DNA of 48,888 bases from a virus (taxonomy: Duplodnaviria; Caudoviricetes), in IMG/VR virus record IMGVR_UViG_3300021476_000274, positions 1-48,888 of that record; one strand, 5' to 3'. The notes below the pieces were generated by a model, which worked only from the letters and a program-made list of their open reading frames with translations, was not told the origin of the DNA and did no database searches. Shown here in pieces: positions 18,504 to 26,918 of the stretch. The translations under genes were made by a program, and so were the position numbers. How positions within the stretch are numbered: position 1 is the first letter of the stretch; every line of letters begins with the position of its first letter.

Positions 18504-18755
18504 TCATAGGCCCGTCTCCGCATATGCCTTGACCGCCGCTTCTGTATCGGTGATTTTTGCGGAAGTTGTCAGTGGCCGCCAGACTTCGAAGCCGTGGCCC
18601 TCGGGGTACGTTTCGAACAATACTGCCGCGTTTCGATAACTGAAAAGCTCGAAATGGAAGCCATTGTCTTGCCAAACAGTCATGGACCGAAAGCCCAGAC
18701 CGATCAGGAACTGGCGGAACTGTCTGGACTGTTCGTCCTTTGTGCCTTTCTCCAT
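18504..18755 (-). CDS. Hypothetical protein
   Basis: AGGAGG RBS before MEKGTKD. Confidence 0.65.
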   Translation of the reverse strand: MEKGTKDEQSRQFRQFLIGLGFRSMTVWQDNGFHFELFSYRNAAVLFETYPEGHGFEVWRPLTTSAKITDTEAAVKAYAETGL

Positions 18756-19104
18756 CGTGATTCCTCCTACGTCTACGATGAGGCTCCGGGCCGTTGTGAC
18801 CAATAGGCCGCCGGTACCGATTTGGAACCGAAATGTACTGAGTTTTCCACTAAGGTGGAAAAGCTGTGAGAACCGTTATTGAAGCGCCGCCACGATAGGT
18901 ACTTAGTACTGGGTTGACTTATGGGCCGAGCGCCGCGTCCTGATCGATCGCCAGCGCGCCGGAGGCTTGGGCTTGTGGTTCAGCGACGGGATCGACCGGC
19001 TGAGCCGTCGCCATATCGTTTGGTTGATCCTGACCGCGTAGCCAGCGTTCGGCATCTTCGTCGGCGTCCCGGAGGGCTAAGATCCAGCAAGGCGTTGGCT
19101 TTGG

Positions 19105-19160
19105 TGTTGGCGACCCGAACACTTCAATTCACCCGGCTGCTTTTTTGGTCGTCCCCCCGG
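19105..19160 (-). repeat. Dispersed ~60-bp element, copy 5
   Basis: TGTTGGCGACC-N31-GGTCGTCCCCCCGG. Confidence 0.9.
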
Positions 19161-19378
19161 CCTGAGGGCGATGCTGGTCCGATGGATTCCAGCGCTTTCA
19201 TCGCTTTCTGCAATATTTCGATTGGGACAACGTTGAGGATTTCCCGGACAAATGCGGCTTGATCCGCGCTGAGTCCTGATTCCTTCATGGTCTCATCGGG
19301 ATACACGAGTAATCGGGCGGCGGCGATTTCATCGGAATAGATGCGTTTCAGCCACGCGCTAAATTCTTCATTGGTCAT
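19124..19378 (-). CDS. Hypothetical protein ending inside repeat copy 5
   Basis: MTNEEF...GRGDDQKSSRVN*. Confidence 0.6.
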   Translation of the reverse strand: MTNEEFSAWLKRIYSDEIAAARLLVYPDETMKESGLSADQAAFVREILNVVPIEILQKAMKALESIGPASPSGRGDDQKSSRVN

Positions 19379-19818
19379 GTCAGGAGTTCTAATATCCGCA
19401 GGCCGCCCTTGGTCTCGCCGCAAGTTCGCCAGCCCGCCGCAATGAAGCACCAGCCGGGATTGGAACTCTTGACTTTGGCGCCGTCTACGTAGGTGTAGAG
19501 GCGTTCTTACGGCCACCGCGACCGCGCGAAATCTACGGCACTGAGGATCAATTTAGTGGACCGCTCCGTCCCTTCGTTACGGAACACCGAACAGTTCACT
19601 CCTGTTTGTCCGCTGTCGTCTATAAACTTTCGCCAGACGAAAAGTGCTCTGGCGTCGGGTGTCAGCAGCACCATCTTTTCACCGGGGCCGACGAATTGGA
19701 ATACTTTGCCCGGGTGCTTTCGCGCGCTGTAATGACGGCGGAAGATCGCCATGGCGGTGGGGTTTCCATCCCGGACCTGAATCCACGGCGCGGACGCGAT
19801 GAGAAACGGCTGCGTCAT
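19375..19818 (-). pseudogene. Mom-like/GNAT-fold DNA-modification protein with an in-frame TAA
   Basis: RRHYS...FVGPGEKMVL...CSVFRNEG...RWP*ERLYTYVD...SSNPGWCFIAAGW. The frame continues past the stop at 19507-19509. Confidence 0.7.
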
Positions 19819-20003
19819 GGACTTTGAAAAGGCCGCCGTTGTGCCGAAATTCTCCCGGCCAGCACGCGCCAATCCACTTGTTCAACCGGAACAATATGCA
19901 CCAGTGACCCGCACGTCCGACAGGTCCACCGAATCCACAATGGAGTTTTGGCGGATTGGGCCTCCGTGCGGCGGCAGCACTCCGGGCACCAGAACCGCGT
20001 CAT
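19815..20003 (-). CDS. Small zinc-ribbon protein
   Basis: CPEC...CRTC; ATGA overlap. Confidence 0.55.
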   Translation of the reverse strand: MTRFWCPECCRRTEAQSAKTPLWIRWTCRTCGSLVHIVPVEQVDWRVLAGRISAQRRPFQSP

Positions 20004-20043
20004 AAGGGGTTTGGCTCCACGGCACCCGCGCGGCACTCGACTG

Positions 20044-20104
20044 CGGGGGACGACCAGAAAGCAGGCGGGTGAAAACCGGAGTTCTGGTCGCCAACATAAA
20101 AGCA
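20044..20104 (+). repeat. Dispersed ~60-bp element, copy 6 (inverted orientation)
   Basis: CGGGGGACGACC-N30-GGTCGCCAACATAAAAGCA, with a perfect CGACCAGAA/TTCTGGTCG stem. Confidence 0.95.
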
Positions 20105-20109
20105 CCGCA

Positions 20110-20571
20110 TCATATCACCAGCGCCACCAGCACCAGCGCCGCAAGACCCGCGATCACGACACCGGGACTGATGGAGGAAAGGGCGGGAAATCCGCCGCTA
20201 GCAATCACGTCCGATACCAGCGCGGAAGTCGGAACGCCCGCGGCTGTTGCCACGACTTCAGCATAGAGATTCGGGTTATTCGATCCCTGGCCGGCCGGCG
20301 CCCAAGCGTTCATCATGGATTGAATCGTGGCGCCCTGATTGGCGTAATTTTCAATCAGCGCATCCATGGCGGCGGTGCCGTCCTGAACGTTATCGAAGAC
20401 GGCAAATCCATTGGCGTCGGCGCCCACGTATCCTGGTTGCGCTTGGGTCCAGGATGAGGCGATCAAGTTACCGGGATTGTTGTTGGTGTAGCTGGTGGAA
20501 CCCGGATAATAGCCTTCCTGTTGCTGGATGGCGTTGCCGATTGTCGAGATGTCTCCTAAGGCTACGAGCAT
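20110..20571 (-). CDS. Membrane-anchored lysozyme-like virion protein
   Basis: QQEG...NNNPGNL...FAVF...WAP...NN with a C-terminal TM segment; short leader ending ALG-D. Confidence 0.7.
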   Translation of the reverse strand: MLVALGDISTIGNAIQQQEGYYPGSTSYTNNNPGNLIASSWTQAQPGYVGADANGFAVFDNVQDGTAAMDALIENYANQGATIQSMMNAWAPAGQGSNNPNLYAEVVATAAGVPTSALVSDVIASGGFPALSSISPGVVIAGLAALVLVALVI

Positions 20572-20598
20572 GATGGATTGGCGCTCTTTGGGGAACCG

Positions 20599-21138
20599 TT
20601 ATGGTTCCGGGTTGGTGAGCGTTCGCGCTAAGGGCAACTTCTTCGGCTTTTCGTCTTTCGCCGCAACGCTCTCGTCCTTCGGCTTTTCATCTTTCTGCGC
20701 GGTCACACTTTCGTACATCTCCAGGATTCGTTTCAGCGCTTCAACCGGCGTTTCCCCGGCCTTCAAATGCGGAAGGAGCAATGCCGTTACGTCGTCCACC
20801 ACGCGGGCGGCGCTTTCGTTTTCGGTTTCGGCAGCGGTCACGAAAACCTCCTCGATCCCTTCATGATCCGCAATGGCAAGCGGATCGGCCTCAATCAATT
20901 GCACTAGGTCGTACATGTTGGCCACGGCTTGAGGCGTTCGGAATCTTCCGTCCGCTTCCCAGCTATGAGGAGAATCGATGGTCTTGCCGTCGGCTTGGTA
21001 GAGCGTTCCGCCCCAGACGGTCCTGACGGTCTTGGGAGACCCGGGCGCGGGCGGATCGTCCACCTGGAATCTGCTGGTGATTTGGACCAGGCGATTGTTG
21101 CGTGTGGTCCAGCGTCCTAATACGACTTGAATGGCCAT
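20599..21138 (-). CDS. Hypothetical protein
   Basis: AGGAG upstream of MAIQVVLG. Confidence 0.65.
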   Translation of the reverse strand: MAIQVVLGRWTTRNNRLVQITSRFQVDDPPAPGSPKTVRTVWGGTLYQADGKTIDSPHSWEADGRFRTPQAVANMYDLVQLIEADPLAIADHEGIEEVFVTAAETENESAARVVDDVTALLLPHLKAGETPVEALKRILEMYESVTAQKDEKPKDESVAAKDEKPKKLPLARTLTNPEP

Positions 21139-21157
21139 GGCGTCAGTATACTCCTGT

Positions 21158-21517
21158 TCATTGGTTATCGATACCGGGCGTGTAGAGATTGGGCTTTTTG
21201 GTTTCCTCGAGCGCGGCTTCCAGGATCGCAACTTTGCTCTTCATCTGCGCGATTTGCAATTGATCGATATTGGCTTGCGCCTCCCAGTGGACCCGGTGCC
21301 ATTCCAGATATTTGCGGACCGATGGCTGATCGTCCGCGACGCTGCCGCCGGTCCACAAACTGTAGAGATGCCGCAACGTCGCTCGTTCGGCGTCGCCGCG
21401 CCGCTGGTACGCCTCCAGTCGCTTCTCGTGAAGATCCAACTCGGCTTTCGAAAACGCAATGGAATTTTCCAATTGCTTGACATTGACCGTTTGGGGGCCG
21501 GGCAAAAATGGGGTCAT
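21158..21517 (-). CDS. Hypothetical coiled-coil protein
   Basis: Heptad pattern. Confidence 0.6.
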   Translation of the reverse strand: MTPFLPGPQTVNVKQLENSIAFSKAELDLHEKRLEAYQRRGDAERATLRHLYSLWTGGSVADDQPSVRKYLEWHRVHWEAQANIDQLQIAQMKSKVAILEAALEETKKPNLYTPGIDNQ

Positions 21518-21602
21518 TGTTCTTTTGTGGGCTTTCCTTCGGGCCTAACGATTCGGCTCGGTTAAACTCCCTCCATACAGCTTGAAGGCTCTCCACGCTG
21601 CC

Positions 21603-22187
21603 TTAGTCATTTGTGCTGACGGATTTGATATCGACGGCGCGCCGTGCTCCCAACAGCATTTCTGAAGCCAAGCGTTCAACGGTCGTGCAAACGGGACTAT
21701 CCGGAACAATCGGCGGATCGAACTCGATCGTGATATCGGCGTCATCGGACTGCGGTTCTGGCGTCGTGATCGTGATGATGCAGCGGTTCATGGACGTTAC
21801 CGTTAGGTTCTGCAATCTGCGTTCCAGGAACATGCCCAGTTGGATCGCATAGGCGAAGATTCTGTAAAGTCCTTCCTGATGATCGTTGTACTGAATCGAA
21901 AAGGCCGCCAGGGACTTTCGCATCTGCTGGGCGATCTGGGGCCGGAGTGCTTCAAGGCAGGCATTCAGGTCGGCTTGAGAAGTTTCGCTTGTCGCGCGGG
22001 ATTCCATATCTTTAATGGCACCGTCCAGGACCAGCGCATTGATCTTAGGGTTCGGTTCTGCCGCGATATGGTCGAGCGGTTGGGCAACAGGCAAAGATGG
22101 AGCGGCCCAGTGAGCCAATGGAAATACAACGTACTGCTGGATGCCCTCAAGGATGTGGACCACAATATGAATCAGAAACCGTTTCAT
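21603..22187 (-). CDS. Hypothetical protein
   Basis: Intact ORF whose 3' part is duplicated at 22516-22592. Confidence 0.6.
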   Translation of the reverse strand: MKRFLIHIVVHILEGIQQYVVFPLAHWAAPSLPVAQPLDHIAAEPNPKINALVLDGAIKDMESRATSETSQADLNACLEALRPQIAQQMRKSLAAFSIQYNDHQEGLYRIFAYAIQLGMFLERRLQNLTVTSMNRCIITITTPEPQSDDADITIEFDPPIVPDSPVCTTVERLASEMLLGARRAVDIKSVSTND

Positions 22188-22204
22188 TCCCTACTCATTT
22201 CCCT

Positions 22205-22592
22205 GAGCGCCGGGTCCGCCACCCAGCCCCAAGCCTCCGCACGCTTGACAATCGTCTCTCGGCCCTTTGCAATCGGGACATTGCTTGCGCGCCAGAATCG
22301 CCTGAAAAATACCGAGGCTATGAAGATACCGCTTAAGGTACTGTGCCGCCGGTCCGGACGCTTGCCGGTCTTGGAAGACCTGATCGACGGCAGTATCCGG
22401 ATCTTGGATTTCGAATCTCTGGTCCAGGACTGTAGGGCCATCATCTTTCACCCCGACGCCTCTGCGCTTCCAGGAACCTGACGGCCAGAATTTCTACGGT
22501 CGTGCATTGGGTTTCGATCGACGATCGAATTCAATCGTGATGTCGGCGTCGGACTGCGGTTCCGGCGTCGTGATCGTGATGATGCGGTTCAT
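22205..22592. repeat. Scrambled partial duplication of neighbouring genes
   Basis: 22205-22357 resembles 22798-22949 (direct); 22371-22462 is the reverse complement of 23003-23094; 22516-22592 resembles 21716-21792. Confidence 0.9.
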
Positions 22593-22789
22593 GATTTCAC
22601 CCTAATCTCTGGCGCGGCCATTTCTAAAAGCTCCTGCTCAAATTCCCACAGATCCGTCGTCTGTTCCGGCTCGATCCCCGCAACCAAGCAATGGCACTTG
22701 ATTCCTTTGGCTGTCATGCCTTCCCAGACGCGGCAATCCACCCCGTTTAGTTCCACGATGGTGTCGGTGCTCTCGATCGTGATCTTCAT
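22589..22789 (-). CDS. Small phage protein
   Basis: MKITIESTDTIVELNGVDCRVWEG; ATGA-coupled. Confidence 0.65.
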   Translation of the reverse strand: MKITIESTDTIVELNGVDCRVWEGMTAKGIKCHCLVAGIEPEQTTDLWEFEQELLEMAAPEIRVKS

Positions 22790-23373
22790 GCTGTCTTGAG
22801 CGCCGGGTCCGCCACCCAGCCCAATCCTCCGCACGCCTGACAATCGTCTTGCAGTCCTTTGCAATCGGGACATTGCTTGCGCGCCAGAATCGCCTGAAAA
22901 ATACCGAGGCAATGGAGATACCGCTTAAGATAACTGGCGGCCGGTCCGGTCAGCACCAGGGGTTCCTGGTCGGGAGCAAATTCCAAAATGGCCCGCGGTC
23001 CCGAGGCATCCGGGTGAAAGATGATGGCCCTTGCGTCCTGGACCAGAGATTCGAAATCCAAGATCCGGATACTGCCGTCGATCAGGTCTTCCAAAAACAT
23101 GGGCGCGTATTTGTACATGGCCTGCTCAACTGCCTGACGCTCGAATTCCTCTGCGGTCGGGAGCACCTGGTGCCGGGGCTGGGCCAAACGTCCCATGTGA
23201 CGGAACAGCGCCAAGATCGCCTCAGGAACTTCACCCTTCGAGCGCTCAAGTTGGTCTTCGAATTCGGCTTGCTGCTGGACGGCGTCGTATTGCGACAACT
23301 CTTGACGTTGTCGCAAGGCTTCTAGTTCTCGCTGGGCCATCCGCATTGGTCTGCCATTGGTCGGGATGTTCAT
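22786..23373 (-). CDS. Hypothetical protein with a C-terminal CxxCxG zinc finger
   Basis: CPDCKG...CQACGGLG. Confidence 0.65.
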   Translation of the reverse strand: MNIPTNGRPMRMAQRELEALRQRQELSQYDAVQQQAEFEDQLERSKGEVPEAILALFRHMGRLAQPRHQVLPTAEEFERQAVEQAMYKYAPMFLEDLIDGSIRILDFESLVQDARAIIFHPDASGPRAILEFAPDQEPLVLTGPAASYLKRYLHCLGIFQAILARKQCPDCKGLQDDCQACGGLGWVADPALKTA

Positions 23374-23717
23374 GGCTGTTGCTCCGGTTCCGGATACGAT
23401 TTGAAGGTCACGCAGGGTCGTTTGAGTGACCCGTTCATGCTCTCGTATTTCTTGAGCCACTGACCCAATAGCTCGGCCAGCGCCTTGGCCTGTATCCAGG
23501 GCAACGTAACCCTTGCGCGTTCGAGGATTATGTCCCGTTGGTTTTCCCGGGTTGGTCCATCTAACATCAGTTCCCCAAAACGCAAGGTGATGTCCGTTTC
23601 GGTACAGTTCAGCGTGAACACATTCGCATAGACGTGAACCACGCCGGATTCCGGCTCTTGCACGTCCATGCCCGTCAAGCGCTTCACGTTCGCTAATGGG
23701 TCCACTGCCGTGCTCAT
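23370..23717 (-). CDS. DUF3467-like protein
   Basis: VYANVF...DITLRFG...RVTLPWIQAKALAELL. Confidence 0.65.
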   Translation of the reverse strand: MSTAVDPLANVKRLTGMDVQEPESGVVHVYANVFTLNCTETDITLRFGELMLDGPTRENQRDIILERARVTLPWIQAKALAELLGQWLKKYESMNGSLKRPCVTFKSYPEPEQQP

Positions 23718-24223
23718 TTGAAATTTCCCTCCCTCAACATGATGGCCTTGGCGACTTGTAAAAGCGGCGTATTGAGTGCTTCCGCGCGCTTCAGTTCGTC
23801 CCTGAAGTGCTCCTGCAAAAAGGAGCGCAAATCACTGAATTCCGCGACCAGCCGGGAATAATTGTCGTGAAAATCTTTTTGCGCGGCTTGGGCTTTGTCG
23901 TTGAGCATCCGGCGGTTGACTTCGCGGGCCAAAAGCGCGATCTCCTGACGCAATAGCTCCGTCGCTGGTTTCGTCAGATTCGCGGCAATTCGCCCCCATG
24001 GATAACGGTTGCGGATCTCCAGTGATTCGGCGTACTGATGTTCCAAATCATCCAGTTGATCGGCCAGCTCGCACTTGGGCATGGATTTGAGCGCCGCGAT
24101 CGCGTGGCCTTCCATGTTGAGCCGTCCATCCGTGAAGCCGCGGATCGGTATCGTTTCGGTCCGGGCCTGCTGGGCAGCTGAGCGTTGTGCTTCGCGCTGG
24201 GCTTTCAAAACGTGGGTCTTCAT
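23714..24223 (-). CDS. Hypothetical helical protein
   Basis: ATGA-coupled within the operon. Confidence 0.6.
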   Translation of the reverse strand: MKTHVLKAQREAQRSAAQQARTETIPIRGFTDGRLNMEGHAIAALKSMPKCELADQLDDLEHQYAESLEIRNRYPWGRIAANLTKPATELLRQEIALLAREVNRRMLNDKAQAAQKDFHDNYSRLVAEFSDLRSFLQEHFRDELKRAEALNTPLLQVAKAIMLREGNFK

Positions 24224-24453
24224 GCGGTTGGACCTCTCGGTTTTAAAAAATCCTGCACCGTCAGCACCACGCATTCCGGACTGCACAGGTCATGGCGATT
24301 CACGGTTTCGGGCGGCCGTTGATCGAACGTGCCGGCCGGCGAAATTTCAAAGATACCACGTGTAATCCGGGTCTGCCAGCGTTGCTGACCGGGCGCCCGG
24401 GGTTCGTAGACAGTTCCGCATTGGTCGCACCGGCAGGCCGTCAGGGTCGCCAT
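24220..24453 (-). CDS. Small zinc-finger protein
   Basis: CDQCG...DLCSPEC. Confidence 0.6.
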   Translation of the reverse strand: MATLTACRCDQCGTVYEPRAPGQQRWQTRITRGIFEISPAGTFDQRPPETVNRHDLCSPECVVLTVQDFLKPRGPTA

Positions 24454-24695
24454 TTTTTAAGCTTCCACCTATTCGTGCACATCGCCCGCCAGATTCAACG
24501 TCATGGTTCGGATTGGTTTTTCGTACTGCTGGTAGATCACGATCGATAGGGCCGTTGGGTCTGGGTGATCCACCGCCACCTTCTGGAGCGTTGCGCTGGC
24601 CCAATGATCCAGGTCCTCCAGAGAATTCGAGATACTTTGTTGCGCCTTGGCCTCACGCTGATGAGCCGTGAGGTCGATCAGGATGGCCCGGTACT

Positions 24696-25091
24696 TCACC
24701 AGTCCCTCCGGGTGGCCCACCAACCCGCGCTGCTGGCGTCTTTGGAAAATCTATATTGCAGCACGACTTTGTCGCCGGTCTTGGGTCGTTCAATTGGACC
24801 GGAGCAAAACGGGCACCGCGCCAGCCGCGGCATAACGTTGCGGTCGATATCGTGCTGCCGCATCATCTGGACTTCCTGTTCGTAAACGGTGCAAGGGCAA
24901 CGATAGCAAATGTAGATGTAGGTTTCGCCGATCAGGTACACCAGCGGATGGATTTTGGAATCGGTCTCGACCCACTCGACTCTGGAGCTAACGTAATTGA
25001 TGACGCCGCGCAACTGGACGATTTCGTCGCGGGCGTTGCGCCACACGAAGCCCGGCAAGATGCGCTTTAATTTAGGCAGGAAGGAAGTCAT
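24696..25091 (-). CDS. Zinc-ribbon protein
   Basis: CYRC...CPFC; coupled start. Confidence 0.55.
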   Translation of the reverse strand: MTSFLPKLKRILPGFVWRNARDEIVQLRGVINYVSSRVEWVETDSKIHPLVYLIGETYIYICYRCPCTVYEQEVQMMRQHDIDRNVMPRLARCPFCSGPIERPKTGDKVVLQYRFSKDASSAGWWATRRDW

Positions 25092-25675
25092 GGTTTTTTG
25101 CGATCTGCTTCGAGCATCTTTAACAAATCCGGTTCGATGATCCGGTTTTTGTGGATATCGCCGCTGCAACTCGGGTGCATGAGGGTACCGTTTACATGAG
25201 GCAATCCCAAAAGATGCCCGATCTCGTGCATCACGACATCTTCATGGTCACAATGGGACCATGGAATTATCCAAGGTTCTCCATAAAACAGCGTAAACGT
25301 GATGGATGAAGTGTTTTTCTTGAAGCAGGCTACCGGTCCTGCTAGTAGCGGAATCACCGGCCCACAGAATAGTGCCCTGTTAATTGTGAATGGCGGAACC
25401 TTCCGACCGATAGCGCGTTCCCATCGTGCTATCGCACTAGCGACCGTTGCATCATCCGGCGTTGCGGGCACCAGCGAACAAATGAGTATAATAGTCCACG
25501 CTGAAACCAATGGCGAGGATGGTAATAGTTTCCGCCAATTCTTGCGCACGACCGAATGCATCGGAGTCTGCTGGACTTCTGTTATGAACGGTGGCTCTGG
25601 CGGAAGGTTCACAACGTTAACATACAGGCCGGTTTCTCCGGAATTCGGGTAAGCCTCGGGATAACCGTTGGGCAT
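25088..25675 (-). CDS. Metzincin-type Zn metallopeptidase (matrixin-like); start uncertain
   Basis: HEIGHLLGLPH plus the Met-turn LMHP. Confidence 0.75.
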   Translation of the reverse strand: MPNGYPEAYPNSGETGLYVNVVNLPPEPPFITEVQQTPMHSVVRKNWRKLLPSSPLVSAWTIILICSLVPATPDDATVASAIARWERAIGRKVPPFTINRALFCGPVIPLLAGPVACFKKNTSSITFTLFYGEPWIIPWSHCDHEDVVMHEIGHLLGLPHVNGTLMHPSCSGDIHKNRIIEPDLLKMLEADRKKP

Positions 25676-25888
25676 TGGCTTAATCTGTTCCCTTCTGGTC
25701 CCGTCCCACCTGATAGGCCAGCGCCGCGATCCGCCGGAGTTCTTGGCGGTAATCTTCGATCCAGCCATTCGCCCGGGCCATCATCGCCAGGCTACCGAAA
25801 CGCTCTTCAAACTCTTGAACGGATTGCTCGATTACGTTGACCAAGAACGGCGGAATCTCGCTGGTTTCAACAGGCAACCCGAACGCGC

Positions 25889-26356
25889 TCATGACAGCGT
25901 CACCCTGGTGCCCAACGATTCTGGAAATAACGCCCGTTCAGCACGGTCCCGCATGTCCGCCAGATCCAAAAACAATACTGGTCCATGATGTTCGTTCATG
26001 GCCACGATCGCTTCTGCGCGGCTGCTCGATTTCCGGAACTTCCGTATCGCGGGCGTCTGTCCATCGATCAGGATCAGTAGCGCTTCGGAGCCTTCGGCGT
26101 TCGCGAGTCTCAAGACCTTTCGGACCAAGGGCTTGATCGCAAGTCCCAACGTCCTTAAGCGGGCCAGTATCATGATCTCGACAATATCGTGTTGCTGGAA
26201 ACGAAATGCCGGGCGGCGGTAGGGTCGCACGTAACCCCTCAAGCACCACCAGTCCAGTTGCCGTCTCGTGATCCCGGCCAGACGAGCGACCTGCTGGCTC
26301 GACAGCTCGGGAGCGGCCAGCGCCTTCCGACTGAGTACTTGGTTCCCTTGCCTCAT
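25889..26356 (-). CDS. MerR-type HTH regulator
   Basis: SSQQVARLAGITRRQLDWW...GYVRP. Confidence 0.8.
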   Translation of the reverse strand: MRQGNQVLSRKALAAPELSSQQVARLAGITRRQLDWWCLRGYVRPYRRPAFRFQQHDIVEIMILARLRTLGLAIKPLVRKVLRLANAEGSEALLILIDGQTPAIRKFRKSSSRAEAIVAMNEHHGPVLFLDLADMRDRAERALFPESLGTRVTLS

Positions 26357-26628
26357 CAGGCGACAGCTTCCTCGCCGGGGCCGTCGTCGTCTCCGTCGTC
26401 GTCGAATTCGTCCACTTCCTCGACCATGGTTTCGACTTCGACCAGGCGGTACACGGTATTGGGCTTGAGGATTTCGTAGCCCTCGAACACCACCATGAAG
26501 CAGGCACCTTCCTGGTCTTCGAGGACGCTCGACTCTTCGTCCGTTTCCTCGGGGCCGAACTGGGTGCCCTCAGGCGTCACGACTTCGAATACGGTTCGAT
26601 CGGGGTTGATTCTCAGGATGGCAGGCAT
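26356..26628 (-). CDS. Highly acidic small protein
   Basis: D/E-rich; first gene after a promoter. Confidence 0.7.
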   Translation of the reverse strand: MPAILRINPDRTVFEVVTPEGTQFGPEETDEESSVLEDQEGACFMVVFEGYEILKPNTVYRLVEVETMVEEVDEFDDDGDDDGPGEEAVA

Positions 26629-26635
26629 GGCCTAA

Positions 26636-26664
26636 AGTTTACTTGTCCTTTAGTTCCATTGCAA
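26636..26664 (-). promoter_or_regulatory. Sigma70-type promoter for the leftward operon
   Basis: TTGCAA-N17-TAAACT, 7 nt upstream of the ATG at 26628 (near-leaderless). A GTACTACGG direct repeat lies just upstream. Confidence 0.6.
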
Positions 26665-26918
26665 GGCTCAAAACGTACTACGGAGGATCTAGTACTACGG
26701 CTGGTTTTGGTGTACAATTCCGTTCGTGCTCAAAACTGCTCCCGATGAGCGCAGGAAAAAGGAAAGGGGCGGCTCAGTCCAACTAAGCCGCCCCGGGTGC
26801 TCAATCGAAAGGTTACTCCGGCACACAGTATACCGAAGTTCTTTTCGTTTGTCCATAGCCCATTTCGAAAAACTTTCCCCACGCCTTCGCCCGCTGGGAG
26901 TCACCAAAGGACCCTCCC

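Noticed and set aside
18835-18911. GTAC-rich motifs and the TTTTCCAC/GTGGAAAA inverted repeat as a LexA box
   Set aside because: Spacing is inconsistent between occurrences (about 3345, 18899 and 26675). They may be phage operators but cannot be assigned.
19507-19509. Stop-codon recoding
   Set aside because: It is a single instance, and TAA terminates many other genes in the window.
618-20104. The dispersed repeat as a CRISPR array or integron attC sites
   Set aside because: Copies are 0.6-11.6 kb apart, there is no cas gene or tyrosine integron integrase, and the RYYYAAC...GTTRRRY arrangement is absent.
22205-22949. Diverged direct repeat as a DGR template/variable pair
   Set aside because: Mismatches are not restricted to adenines, and there is no reverse transcriptase in the window.
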